Below, piece by piece: positions 55,103-64,000 of a stretch of DNA of 64,000 nucleotides. The DNA lies in NCBI GenBank assembly GCA_035763125.1, contig DASUBU010000298.1, forward strand, positions 447 to 64,446. Direction: 5' to 3'. Source of the DNA: Ktedonobacterales bacterium (GTDB lineage: Bacteria > Chloroflexota > Ktedonobacteria > Ktedonobacterales > JADMIN01). Below the pieces are notes generated by a model that ran no database searches, was not told where the DNA came from, and saw only the letters and a list, made by a program, of their open reading frames with translations. Within the stretch, counting starts at the first letter, position 1. Every line of letters begins with the position of its first letter. A program made the translations under genes and the position numbers.

Positions 55103-57769
55103 CTAATCGAGCAGATCCAGCTCCCTGGCCCTGGCCGCGGCCTCGGTGCGATTGCCAACGCCTAGTTTGCCGTAGATGCTGCCGGTGTGCTTCTTGACCG
55201 TCTCTGGAGAAACGACCAGTGCCTCGGCGATCTCGCGGTTGGTCAGCCCAGCGGCGAGCAATCGCAGGACTTCCTGCTCACGCCCGCTGAGAGGCTCCGG
55301 CAGCACGCTGCCCGCCACGGTGCGGATCGAACGAGCGCCGTTGAAGGCGGCGAGCAGCTTCTCGACGTACTCTGGCCTCACATCGCGGGCATGGGCCTCT
55401 TGCAACAGCCGAGCCATAGGAAGCCCGAAATCGGCGAAAAGGCGCACATAGCCTTCGGGCTCGGCCAGCCGCAGGGCGCGCTCCAGCGCGGTCATGGCAC
55501 TCGCCTGCTCGCCGCCTCGCCAGTGTGCGAGCGCCCGCAGCGCCAGTGCCTCAATCTGGACACCTACCCTGCCTTCCTCCTTCGCCGCCCGCAGCGAGCG
55601 CCCGAGCAGCGCCAGGGCACGCTCAAGGGATGGCGCATCCCCTCGGGCAACCAACACGCGCGCTGTGGCCAGCTGCGCTTCCTCGATCTCTGCTGGCCCC
55701 TCGTCCGCATCGCCTCGCAGCATCTCACCGGCCCACTCCACGGCGAGCCGTAGTTTGTTCTGCGCCAGCCAGCATTCGAGCTGCAAACGGCCAAAACGGC
55801 CGGTCCAATCAGGGAACGGGGCCTGCTGGACCAAAGGGCGAGCGCGCTCCAGATACTCACTCGCCGCGGCGACGTCACCCGCCGTTAACTTTGACCGCCC
55901 TGCCGCCAGATAGCCGGCGATCATCCCTTGCACGTCGCCGCCCAGCTCGGCGCGTTCCAGCCCTTGGGCTATGTGGTCGCTCGCCTCTCCCAGCTCGTTC
56001 CATTCGTAGAGAATCTCGCCCATGCGAATGTAAACCCAGCCGATGAGAGGGAGTGGAAAATTGCCCCAACTCTGTCGCTCGCCGATGACTGCCAGAGCCC
56101 GCCGCCAATATGCCGCGGCCCCGTGCAGGAGACCCTGCCTCAAATCGAGATCGGCCAGGGCGCCAAACGTGACCACTGACTGGGCGTGGAACGTCGGCGC
56201 GGTGGTGAAGTCTAGTGTTTTGAGGTAGCACGCTTTGGCTTCATCCCAGCGCCCTCTGCTGCGGTAGGTGTCCCCCAGCGAGCCATACACTCCATTGCGC
56301 AGGTCAAGCTCATCTTCCGGCAGATCGCGGATCGCCTGCTGCGCAAGGGCCTCCGCCGGCGCCAGATCGTTTTGATAGCAGGCAACCAAACAGCGCAGGG
56401 CCGTCACCCGTGCCAGGTGCCGGTGGCTATCCTCACCCTGCGCAAGCGCCAGCCGCTCAAGCTCGTCCAGGATGCGCGCGCCGGTGTCAAACTGACCGGT
56501 GTAGAGCAATGTGCAGGCCCAGGCGAAGCCGATTATTGGGTAGGTCGCTCGCCATGCCGGAGGGAGCGAGGCCAGCCACCGCTCGACGATTCTGATCTCG
56601 CCGCCTACCAGCTTGGCGGGGACAAAGCGCTCGAAGACTCGAATCACAAGTGCGGCATTATCCGCCTCCGCGGCATGGCGGAATGCCTGATCGGGCAGGT
56701 CATGCGCCAGATGCCACTGCGCCGCTCGGCCGTGCAGCATGGCGAGCTCGGCAGGGTGGCGCCGTTTCAGCTCGCTGTGGAGGAAATCCGCAAAGAGGTG
56801 GTGATAGCGGAACCATTCTCGGTTGTCGTCTAGCGGCACGAGGAACAGGTTCGCTCGCTCCAGACTCTCCAGCATCTGCTGGTTGCCGGCTCGTCCAGTG
56901 ACGGCATCGCAGAGCGACTCGCACAGGCGATCCAGGATGCTGGTCTGCAGCAGGAACCGCTGTGTGTCCTCCGGAAGGCGGGCAAGCACATTCTCGCTCA
57001 AATAATCGGCGATGAAGCGATGCCTGCCGCTGACGACTAGTTGATCGTTCACGCTGAGACGGCGCTGGCGAGTGAGCGCCGCCAATTGCAGACCAGCGAC
57101 CCAACCCTCGAGCTGCGCTTGCAGCGCCACAAGCTCATCATGCGTGAAATCGAGGCGCATTAATTGATTCAAGAAGTCGGCCGTCTCGTCGAGCGAGAAC
57201 TGCAGATCCTCGGCTCGCAGCTCCAGCAGCTCTTGGCGAACCCGATAGCGTGCCAGCGGCAGCGGCGGCTCGGCGCGGCTCGCCATCACGAAATGCACTG
57301 TCGGCGGCAGACGGTCGAGCACGAAGGTCAGTGCGCTGTGGATGGCGGGATCTTCGATCAGGTGAAAGTCGTCGAGGACAAACACCAAATGTGTGGGTGC
57401 GTTGTCGGCGGCATTGATGAAGGCCAGCAGAACCGCGTCGATATCCGGGGTCATCCCGCCGAGAAGCAGGCCCAGCGGACTTTGCCGCACCGCTGGCTGA
57501 AGCTCTGCCCACCCAGCCAGCAGGTAGCGCAGGAAGTGCTCAACATCATCATCCTCTTCGCCGAGCGACAGCCAAACAATAGGGAAGCGGCTAGCACGCG
57601 CCCAGGTGGCAAGCAGGGTCGTCTTGCCACAACCGGCCGGCGCTGAGATGAGGATGAGCTTGTGATGTGGCACTCTGCGCTCAAGGTCGTCAGTCAGCCG
57701 CGTACGCTCCACTGCCTGCTGAAGCGGCGGCGGGATGCGCAATTTGGTGGCCAGGAGAACGGTTTCCAT
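55103..57769 (-). CDS. MalT/LAL-type LuxR-family regulator (NTPase domain, TPR-like repeats, C-terminal HTH)
   Basis: The P-loop is [19 protein letters not shown]. The C-terminal HTH is [45 protein letters not shown]. Confidence 0.85.
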   Translation of the reverse strand: METVLLATKLRIPPPLQQAVERTRLTDDLERRVPHHKLILISAPAGCGKTTLLATWARASRFPIVWLSLGEEDDDVEHFLRYLLAGWAELQPAVRQSPLGLLLGGMTPDIDAVLLAFINAADNAPTHLVFVLDDFHLIEDPAIHSALTFVLDRLPPTVHFVMASRAEPPLPLARYRVRQELLELRAEDLQFSLDETADFLNQLMRLDFTHDELVALQAQLEGWVAGLQLAALTRQRRLSVNDQLVVSGRHRFIADYLSENVLARLPEDTQRFLLQTSILDRLCESLCDAVTGRAGNQQMLESLERANLFLVPLDDNREWFRYHHLFADFLHSELKRRHPAELAMLHGRAAQWHLAHDLPDQAFRHAAEADNAALVIRVFERFVPAKLVGGEIRIVERWLASLPPAWRATYPIIGFAWACTLLYTGQFDTGARILDELERLALAQGEDSHRHLARVTALRCLVACYQNDLAPAEALAQQAIRDLPEDELDLRNGVYGSLGDTYRSRGRWDEAKACYLKTLDFTTAPTFHAQSVVTFGALADLDLRQGLLHGAAAYWRRALAVIGERQSWGNFPLPLIGWVYIRMGEILYEWNELGEASDHIAQGLERAELGGDVQGMIAGYLAAGRSKLTAGDVAAASEYLERARPLVQQAPFPDWTGRFGRLQLECWLAQNKLRLAVEWAGEMLRGDADEGPAEIEEAQLATARVLVARGDAPSLERALALLGRSLRAAKEEGRVGVQIEALALRALAHWRGGEQASAMTALERALRLAEPEGYVRLFADFGLPMARLLQEAHARDVRPEYVEKLLAAFNGARSIRTVAGSVLPEPLSGREQEVLRLLAAGLTNREIAEALVVSPETVKKHTGSIYGKLGVGNRTEAAARARELDLLD

Positions 57770-57926
57770 AAGCCTGCCGCCTTGTGCTGATCTCCATATC
57801 CGCTATTGTGCTCATTCCACCTTTACGACTGATAGAGGAGATTGTCCAGCGCAACATGGCTGAGGATGCTGCGCATCTAGGACCATCCTTCATGCATGTA
57901 CGATGCGCTCTAGCGTGCGGCGCACA

Positions 57927-59222
57927 TCAGTGGCCCAGCAGATTCGCGGCGCCACGGATGAGCATCTCGACGGAGATCAGCACCAGGATGGGGACGAAGA
58001 TCTTGCGAATCGTCGCGTTGGAGAGCCTGGCGAGCGTCTTGGCACCCAGCGTGGCCCCCGCCAGCACGCCTAGCGCCACCGGAGCGGCGATCAGCGGGTT
58101 GATCGCCCCGCGGTTGAAGTAGATGCCGGCGCTGGCGGCGGCGGTCACGCCGATCATGAAGTTGCTGGTGGTGGTCGAGACCTTCATCGGCAGCCGCATG
58201 GCGGTATCCATCGCCAGCACCTTGAACGTCCCACTGCCGATGCCGAGCAGGCCAGAGATCATGCCGGCGATGTACATCATGCCGAATCCGGCCGGCACGC
58301 GCGTGACCTGGTAGTCCACCCGGCGCCCGAGCCGCGCATCTTCATAGGAGCTCGCCAGGGCCAGGCGCTCCGCGTAGCGGTCATTCCGCACGCCCTGGGG
58401 CAGCTCCTCGCCGATCTTGACGATCAGGGGCGCCGCGGAGATCAGCAGTACGACACCAAAGATGATGAAGAGCAGACCGGGGTGGATGAAGACCGCTACG
58501 AAGCCGCCGATCACTGCGCCGAGCGACGTGGCAATCTCCAGAAACATGCCCACCCGCAGGTTCGTCACCCGGTCGCGTACGTAGGCCGCCGCGGCGCCGC
58601 TGGAGGTGGCAATCACTGAGACGATGGAGGCGCCGATGGCCACTTCGATGGGCACGCCCAGCCCCAGCGTGAGCAGCGGCACCACGAATACGCCGCCGCC
58701 CAGGCCGACCAGCGAGCCGATCAGGCCGGCGATCAGCGACCCCCCAAAGACGATGGCCGAGAAGCCCAAACCCGGCGAGGGCGCGGTCTCGCTCTGCCCT
58801 TGGCCGAACACCGCCCCTAGCACCAGGATGCTGACCAGCAGGATGGCCAGCACCAGGGACGTGATGCCGACATACAGCCGGTCATGCTCCAGCGCGAAGG
58901 CGACGATCGAGACGGCCACGCGGACCACCGGTGTAGCCAGCAGGACGAGCAGACCGAGCATGATGATCGCCAGCGGATTGCCTTGCGCGAGCATCTGCAC
59001 GACGGCCGACAGCGTATGGGGGAACGTGAGCGTCTGCCCGCCCCTATCAGCGTAAAACATGACGGCGCCGATGACGATGATCGCCGCGCTGAGCAGCACT
59101 CCGCCCCGCAGCACATTGCTGATGATGAGCTCTGCCTGGCGAACGAGCGCATCATTCTTGCTTGCTGGTGTGGGCGCCGCCTGAGGCGTCTCCGCGGGTG
59201 TGCTTCCGACCGACTCTGCCAT
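57927..59222 (-). CDS. DUF1634-like N-terminal domain fused to a TauE/SafE-family anion exporter
   Basis: ATG 59222 is the call. The N-terminal 140 aa or so read NVLRGGVLLSAAIIVIGAVMF..VAVSIVAFALEHD. The TauE-like part follows with GLIGSLVGLGGGVFVVPLL. Confidence 0.7.
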   Translation of the reverse strand: MAESVGSTPAETPQAAPTPASKNDALVRQAELIISNVLRGGVLLSAAIIVIGAVMFYADRGGQTLTFPHTLSAVVQMLAQGNPLAIIMLGLLVLLATPVVRVAVSIVAFALEHDRLYVGITSLVLAILLVSILVLGAVFGQGQSETAPSPGLGFSAIVFGGSLIAGLIGSLVGLGGGVFVVPLLTLGLGVPIEVAIGASIVSVIATSSGAAAAYVRDRVTNLRVGMFLEIATSLGAVIGGFVAVFIHPGLLFIIFGVVLLISAAPLIVKIGEELPQGVRNDRYAERLALASSYEDARLGRRVDYQVTRVPAGFGMMYIAGMISGLLGIGSGTFKVLAMDTAMRLPMKVSTTTSNFMIGVTAAASAGIYFNRGAINPLIAAPVALGVLAGATLGAKTLARLSNATIRKIFVPILVLISVEMLIRGAANLLGH

Positions 59223-59374
59223 ATTTCCCCACTCTCTTGATGGAACGGCGCCTCCAACGGCGCTATGCGACCACGGCCGCGCCAACCCACGTCGCTCCCC
59301 TCGTTCGGGCACTTATCACGATGCCCTTGACATTATCCCATTCACATTCTACTCTTGTCTCCATCCCTAGGTAA

Positions 59375-59393
59375 GATACTGTAGGGGAGTATC
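59375..59393. promoter_or_regulatory. CsoR-family-operator-like inverted repeat
   Basis: The repeat is GATACT-gtagggg-AGTATC. It lies in the divergent tauE / csoR-like intergenic region. Confidence 0.4.
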
Positions 59394-59457
59394 ACTCGAC
59401 CAGGCGGCACCATATCGGAAAAATACGGCAATTGATGAGACACATGCTGTTTGCGTT

Positions 59458-59470
59458 GGGGGGAGTATAT
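59458..59470. promoter_or_regulatory. Second GGGGAGTAT half-site
   Basis: ggggggagtatat repeats the GGGGAGTAT core of the site at 59375-59393. It lies 66 nt upstream of ATG 59536. Confidence 0.3.
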
Positions 59471-59535
59471 GCCAGCGCTCGGGATGCGCGCACAGCGGTG
59501 CCGCGGTTCCAGGTGGGGGGGGAGGTAGGTAGATC

Positions 59536-59823
59536 ATGGAGACAAGGGTGAGCCGGATCGACGAGGCTACGCAGGTGGATGCCCTGCGGCGCCTTCGCCG
59601 TATCGAGGGCCAGGCACGCGGCCTCCAGCGCATGATCACCGAGGGCCGCGACTGCCGGGAGGTCATCCAGCAGCTCATCGCGCTGCGGGCTGCATCGCAC
59701 GCGGTGAGCATTCGGCTGCTCGAAGCGCACGCCACGCAGTGCTTGAACGAAGTCGCGGACGGCGAGGAACGCCAGCAGGCGCTCGCGCAGCTGGTAGGCA
59801 TGATCGCGCGGCTCGCGGACTAG
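59536..59823 (+). CDS. CsoR/RcnR/CstR-family (DUF156) metal- or persulfide-sensing repressor
   Basis: It is 95 aa and reads RLRRIEGQARGLQRMI. Cys40, His65 and Cys69 have the spacing of the C-H-C signature. Confidence 0.85.
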   Translation: METRVSRIDEATQVDALRRLRRIEGQARGLQRMITEGRDCREVIQQLIALRAASHAVSIRLLEAHATQCLNEVADGEERQQALAQLVGMIARLAD

Positions 59824-60023
59824 TTCGCAGGAGCAGGCGGCAGCCAGCAGGCAAAGGAGGTGGAAGGCCCATACATCGCACCGGCCAGCTCGGCCCGCAA
59901 GGCCGGGCACGGACGGCTCCGCATCGGGATGCAAGCCACGGTGAGAGCACCCTAACGTTGTCGCTTTTCGCCTTCGTCCATATTCGCCCATAATGGAGCG
60001 ACGCCCCCGCAGAGGAGAGGCCC

Positions 60024-60656
60024 ATGGCGACCGAGACCGACGAGCAGCAGGCCAGTCCTAGTCATCCAGACGACGTCACCATCCCACCCGCGCTGGATCA
60101 GGCCATCGGGGCGCGCATAGACGCCCTGGTCGCGGAGCGACTCGATACCCTGGTGAAGGAGCGCGTCAAGCGCGCCCTCCAGCGCGACCCCGCCAAGCGC
60201 AAAGTGGCCATCATCGCCTCCAAAGGCACCCTCGATATGGCCTATCCCCCGCTGATTCTGGCAACCACCGCCGCGGCGATGGACGCCGAGGTGCGCGTCT
60301 TCTTCACCTTCTACGGGCTCGATATCCTCAAGAAGTCCGGCCCCGAGCGCCTGCAGGTCGCGCCCATCGGCAATCCCGCCATGCCCGTGCCCGTCCCCAA
60401 CATCGTCGGCATGCTCCCTGGCATGACGCCCATGGCCACCAAGATGATGAAGGCCATGTTTGCCAAGAACAACGTCGTGAGCGCGGCCGAGCTGCGCAAA
60501 CAGGCGATTGAGCTGGGTGTCAAGCTGATCGCCTGCACGATGACGATGGAGGTGATGGGCATCCGGCGCGAAGACCTGATTGACGAGTGCGAGGAGGGCG
60601 GCGCGGCGGCTTTCCTGGGCTTTGCCACGACGGCTCACACCACGCTGTTCATCTGA
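60024..60656 (+). CDS. DsrE/DsrF-like sulfur-relay family protein with a roughly 55-aa N-terminal extension
   Basis: It reads KVAIIASKGTLDMAYPPLILATTAAAMDAEVRVFFTFYGLDIL and LIACTMTMEVMGI. Confidence 0.75.
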   Translation: MATETDEQQASPSHPDDVTIPPALDQAIGARIDALVAERLDTLVKERVKRALQRDPAKRKVAIIASKGTLDMAYPPLILATTAAAMDAEVRVFFTFYGLDILKKSGPERLQVAPIGNPAMPVPVPNIVGMLPGMTPMATKMMKAMFAKNNVVSAAELRKQAIELGVKLIACTMTMEVMGIRREDLIDECEEGGAAAFLGFATTAHTTLFI

Positions 60657-60793
60657 CCGCTGATGCCCGGCGAGTGTTCGCTGGACGCCCTACGGTAGAC
60701 GTCTGAGCCCGCATGGCCGCAGCCCCGCGCGGCGTCCAGCATCGCTCACCCCAAGCGGCGCACGGCCAGCCGCAGACGAGAGGACGCAGACTG

Positions 60794-61054
60794 ATGAGCG
60801 AGACGATCCACGTAGACCGCTACCTCGACGCCAAGGGCATGCTCTGCCCCATGCCTGTCATCACCGTCAAGCGCGCCATCAAAGACCTCGAGCGCGGCCA
60901 GGTGATCGCCATCACCGCCACCGATAAGGGCGCCTGTCGCGACATCCCCGCCTGGGCCGAGCAGACCGGGCACAAGTTGCTCACCTGGAACGAAGACAAC
61001 GGCAGCTACACCTTCTACATCGAGAAGGCCGGCTGGGAGGATGAGGAGGATTAG
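60794..61054 (+). CDS. TusA-like sulfur carrier
   Basis: ATG 60794 is the call. It has LDAKGMLCPMPVITVKRAI, containing the CPxP motif. The product is 86 aa with an acidic C-terminus. Confidence 0.85.
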   Translation: MSETIHVDRYLDAKGMLCPMPVITVKRAIKDLERGQVIAITATDKGACRDIPAWAEQTGHKLLTWNEDNGSYTFYIEKAGWEDEED

Positions 61055-61067
61055 GAGGAGGACTAGC

Positions 61068-62462
61068 ATGTACTTCCGCCAGCTCCGCCTGCCGGACATG
61101 GGATGCGCGTCGTACATCGTCGGCGGCGACGGCGCGTGTGCGGTGGTGGATCCGCGCTGGGACGCCGTCGCGCAGTACCTCGGCCTCGCGCGCCAGCAGG
61201 GGCTCACGATCACCGCCATCCTCGAGACGCACACCCACGCCGATCACGTCTCCGGAGCCACGCGTCTGGCCGCGCGCACCGGCGCGCCGATCTACATCCA
61301 CGACGCGGCCACGGTCTCCTACCCGCGCCGCACGCTGCACGACGGCGATTTGCTCACCGTGGGAAGCGTGCGCATCGAGGTGCTGCACACGCCTGGCCAC
61401 AGCATGGATAGCACCTGCCTGCTGGTGCACGACGCGAGCGGCGCGGAGCCCTCACGCCTGCTCAGCGGCGACACGCTCTTCGTGAACGACGTAGGCCGGC
61501 CCGACCTGCACGCCGCCTCTGGCGATCAGGCCTCGACGCTGGCCGAGGCGCTCTACACCAGCCTGCATCACCGCCTGCTGAAGCTAGACGACGCGACCGA
61601 GGTCTTTCCCGCGCATCTGGCGGGCTCCCTCTGTGGCAAGCGCATCGCGCCCGATCCTTCGACCACCATCGGTCGTCAGCGGCAGAGCAACCCGTCGCTT
61701 GGCGTCACCGACCGCGAGACGTTCGTGCGCGCCATGCTCGACGATCTGCCGCCGCGCCCTCCCAACGTCAGCCGCATCGTCCAGCTCAACCGTGAGGGCG
61801 CCGCGACGGGCCGGCCGGAGGTGCGCCAGCTCTCGCCTGCCGAGGTGCGTGCCCTGTGGCCGCGGGTCATTCCGGTGGATGGCCGCGACTGTGCCGTCTT
61901 CGCGCAGGCCCATCTGGCAGGCGCGCTCAACGCGCCGATCAGCTATGGGCAGCTCGGCGTGATGTTGGCGTGGACGCTCTCGCCAGAGGCACCGCTGCTG
62001 CTGATCGCTGGCGATGAGGAGGACTTGAAAGAGGCTGTAGACTCGTTACAGGTCGTGGGCATGACCAATCCGTTCTACGCGCTGGAGGCGAATCTGGATG
62101 CCTGGCGCGAGGCGGGGTTGCCGGTGGAGGTCACCGAAACCATCGAGCCGGGGGAGCTTTACGCGCGCCTAACGGCGGGCGGCCTTGGCAACGTGGTGGA
62201 TGTGCGCGAGCCCGGAGAGCTGGGCGGCGGCGTGATCGAGGGCACGGTGAACATCCCGTATCGCCTCCTCACGCTGGCAGAGCAGCGCGACGCGCTGGCG
62301 CAGCCTGTCGTGACTGTCTGCAACAGCGGCAACCGCAGCAGCTTCGCCGCGAGCCTGCTGGCGCGCGTGGGTGTGCGTGTGATCAACCTGGGCGGTGGCA
62401 CGACCGCCTGGGAGGAAGCTGAATTGCCATTGAGCAAGGTCGCCGTGCCGGCTGGCGCGTAG
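61068..62462 (+). CDS. CstB-like MBL-fold persulfide dioxygenase, then a pseudo-rhodanese, then a rhodanese
   Basis: AGGAGGAGGA precedes ATG 61068. The MBL motif is the canonical ETHTHADHVSG, with TPGHSMDS downstream. The middle domain lacks Cys (LLIAGDEED). The C-terminal loop is VCNSGNRSS. Confidence 0.85.
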   Translation: MYFRQLRLPDMGCASYIVGGDGACAVVDPRWDAVAQYLGLARQQGLTITAILETHTHADHVSGATRLAARTGAPIYIHDAATVSYPRRTLHDGDLLTVGSVRIEVLHTPGHSMDSTCLLVHDASGAEPSRLLSGDTLFVNDVGRPDLHAASGDQASTLAEALYTSLHHRLLKLDDATEVFPAHLAGSLCGKRIAPDPSTTIGRQRQSNPSLGVTDRETFVRAMLDDLPPRPPNVSRIVQLNREGAATGRPEVRQLSPAEVRALWPRVIPVDGRDCAVFAQAHLAGALNAPISYGQLGVMLAWTLSPEAPLLLIAGDEEDLKEAVDSLQVVGMTNPFYALEANLDAWREAGLPVEVTETIEPGELYARLTAGGLGNVVDVREPGELGGGVIEGTVNIPYRLLTLAEQRDALAQPVVTVCNSGNRSSFAASLLARVGVRVINLGGGTTAWEEAELPLSKVAVPAGA

Positions 62463-62530
62463 ATCGCGGACGCAGCGCGGCGCCGCGCTGCGTCCCATAC
62501 GACCGCCGGCCTAGGAGGAGTCATCCGTTC

Positions 62531-64000
62531 ATGCGCTACGGCTTTCTGATTGACCAGCGCTCCTGTATTGGCTGCCATGCCTGCACGGTCGCGTGCAAGT
62601 CGGAGCATGACGTGCCACTCGGCGTCTTCCGCACGTGGGTAAAGTACGTCGAGAAGGGCGAATTCCCCAATACGCGGCGCCACTTCCTCGTCGAGCGGTG
62701 CAATCACTGCGAGAACGCCCCGTGCGTCGCGGTCTGCCCGACGAAAGCGCTCTTCACGCGCGAGGATGGCATCGTAGATTTCGACCGCGACCGCTGCATT
62801 GGCTGCAAGTCGTGCATGCAGGCTTGCCCATACGACGCGATCTATATTGATCCGGACACGCATACGGCGGCGAAGTGCAACTTCTGCGCGCACCGCATTG
62901 ACCAGCAGCTGCAGCCCGCGTGTGTCGCGGTATGTCCGGAGGAAGCCATCATCTTCGGCGATCTGGACGACCCCACCACGCGTATCTCGCAGCTGATTGG
63001 ACGCGAGTCCATCGCCGTGCGCCGGCCTGAGCAGGGCACCAAGCCCAAGCTGTTCTACCTGGGCGCCGATGCCACCGCGCTGATGCCCGAGGCGCTGCCG
63101 CAGCCGCTCGGCTCGATGTGGAACGAGCCGCCGGCTGAGGGGCCTCGGCCGGGGGTGGCGGCGGTAAGCGCTCCCGGCGAGGCCTGGATGCCGCACACCG
63201 AGCATGCCCAGGTGGACTACAACATCCGCCACGAGCGGCCGTGGGGCTGGCGCGTCTCGGCGTACCTGCTGACCAAGTCCATCTCCGCCGGGATCTTCCT
63301 GGTGCTGGCCGGGCTGCTCACGGCCGGCGTCGGTGCCGCCGGCGCGCTGGCGCTGCCGGGCGTGCTCGCGGCGCTCGTCTTTCTCGGCCTCACTACGCTG
63401 CTGCTGGTCGTAGACCTGAAGCGACCGGAGCGCTTCCTTTACATCCTCTTCAAGCCGCAGCCGCGCTCGTGGCTGGTGCGCGGCACCTTCATCCTGATCG
63501 CCTATGGCGGTCTGCTGGTTGTGTGGGGTGCGATCTGGCTGGTAGTGCGTCCGCCGCTGGCCTTCACCTGGCTCGTCGCGCTGCTAGCTCTCTTCACCGC
63601 CATCTACACGGCCTTCCTCTTCGGCCAGGCCGAGGGGCGCGACCTGTGGCAGGAGCCGCTGCTGCCGGCGTCGCTTACGGCGCAGGCGGTGATTGCTGGC
63701 GGGGTTGCCCTCGGTGCCGGTGCGGTCGTCACCGGCCAGCCGTCTGGGCTCGTGCATGCACTCATGGTGATCGCGCTGGGTGGCTTGCTGGTGCACGCGC
63801 TGCTGGTGGCGCTCGCCTTGCTCACGCCGCACGCGACGGCCAACGCTGCCTGGGGCAAGCACGCGCTGACGCGCGGCGAGCAGGCCTCGCGCTTCTGGGG
63901 CGTCGGCATCGGGCTGGGGATTGTGCTGCCGGTGGCGCTGATCGCCCTTGCGCTTGGCGCGCCGGGCGCCGCGGGTGCGTTGTTCGTGCTGGCCGCGCTG
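62531..64000 (+). CDS. Four-cluster [4Fe-4S] ferredoxin (NrfC/PsrB/DmsB-like) fused in frame to an NrfD/PsrC-type membrane domain; 3' end beyond the window
   Basis: My own translation from ATG 62531 gives MRYGFLIDQRSCIGCHACTVAC..CNHCENAPCVAVCP..CIGCKSCMQACP..CNFCAHR..ACVAVCP. After a linker come the TM helices and VVDLKRPERFLYILFKPQPRSWLVRG..FGQAEGRDLWQ. The frame has no stop up to 64000, so it is absent from the ORF track. Confidence 0.8.
   Translation, partial: MRYGFLIDQRSCIGCHACTVACKSEHDVPLGVFRTWVKYVEKGEFPNTRRHFLVERCNHCENAPCVAVCPTKALFTREDGIVDFDRDRCIGCKSCMQACPYDAIYIDPDTHTAAKCNFCAHRIDQQLQPACVAVCPEEAIIFGDLDDPTTRISQLIGRESIAVRRPEQGTKPKLFYLGADATALMPEALPQPLGSMWNEPPAEGPRPGVAAVSAPGEAWMPHTEHAQVDYNIRHERPWGWRVSAYLLTKSISAGIFLVLAGLLTAGVGAAGALALPGVLAALVFLGLTTLLLVVDLKRPERFLYILFKPQPRSWLVRGTFILIAYGGLLVVWGAIWLVVRPPLAFTWLVALLALFTAIYTAFLFGQAEGRDLWQEPLLPASLTAQAVIAGGVALGAGAVVTGQPSGLVHALMVIALGGLLVHALLVALALLTPHATANAAWGKHALTRGEQASRFWGVGIGLGIVLPVALIALALGAPGAAGALFVLAAL

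Noticed and set aside
62159-63232. A 357-aa minus-strand ORF
   Set aside because: It is antisense to the CstB-like 3' end and the FeS-NrfD fusion, whose Cys-cluster motifs are unambiguous. Its composition is typical of an antisense artefact.

Overview
This is a 64-kb, very GC-rich chromosomal segment (GC judged by eye). Gene content fits a Chloroflexota- or Actinomycetota-like organism, but I cannot assign taxonomy from sequence alone. I support about 55 protein-coding genes and one tRNA-Lys(CTT). I saw no rRNA, CRISPR array, transposase or integrase. Many long ORFs in the supplied track are antisense or alternate-frame artefacts typical of high-GC DNA. I chose frames by recognisable motifs, third-position GC, Shine-Dalgarno spacing and start/stop coupling.

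Gene content from left to right:
- a molybdenum hydroxylase operon (small, large and FAD subunits)
- an ECF sigma factor with a Cys-rich tail, plus an MFS transporter
- housekeeping and accessory enzymes (galE, tgt, amidase, a second ECF sigma, VOC, DUF1801)
- a KaiC-like ATPase coupled to a stand-alone receiver
- a ferritin-like diiron protein
- a three-gene kleisin/KITE/SMC-like module at 22.9-30.1 kb (JetABC/MksFEB-like) with no nuclease gene
- a YvcK-like gene, a fused deacetylase-GT2 synthase and a GH18 gene
- a roughly 19-kb sulfur and redox region at 44.7-64 kb

The sulfur region holds two paralogous CstB-like persulfide dioxygenase-rhodanese genes in two loci:
- Locus A encodes ArsR, a rhodanese, a CstB-like protein, a Trx-Grx fusion and an orphan GroES.
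- Locus B is a cst-like operon: a DUF1634-TauE fusion lies divergent to CsoR/CstR-like, DsrE-like, TusA-like and CstB-like genes. It ends in an in-frame fusion of a four-cluster ferredoxin with an NrfD-type membrane domain, which runs off the window and is missing from the ORF track.

The best candidates for something undescribed are the nuclease-less SMC-like module and locus B with its FeS-NrfD fusion. All family assignments rest on motif reading and need HMM or structure confirmation.
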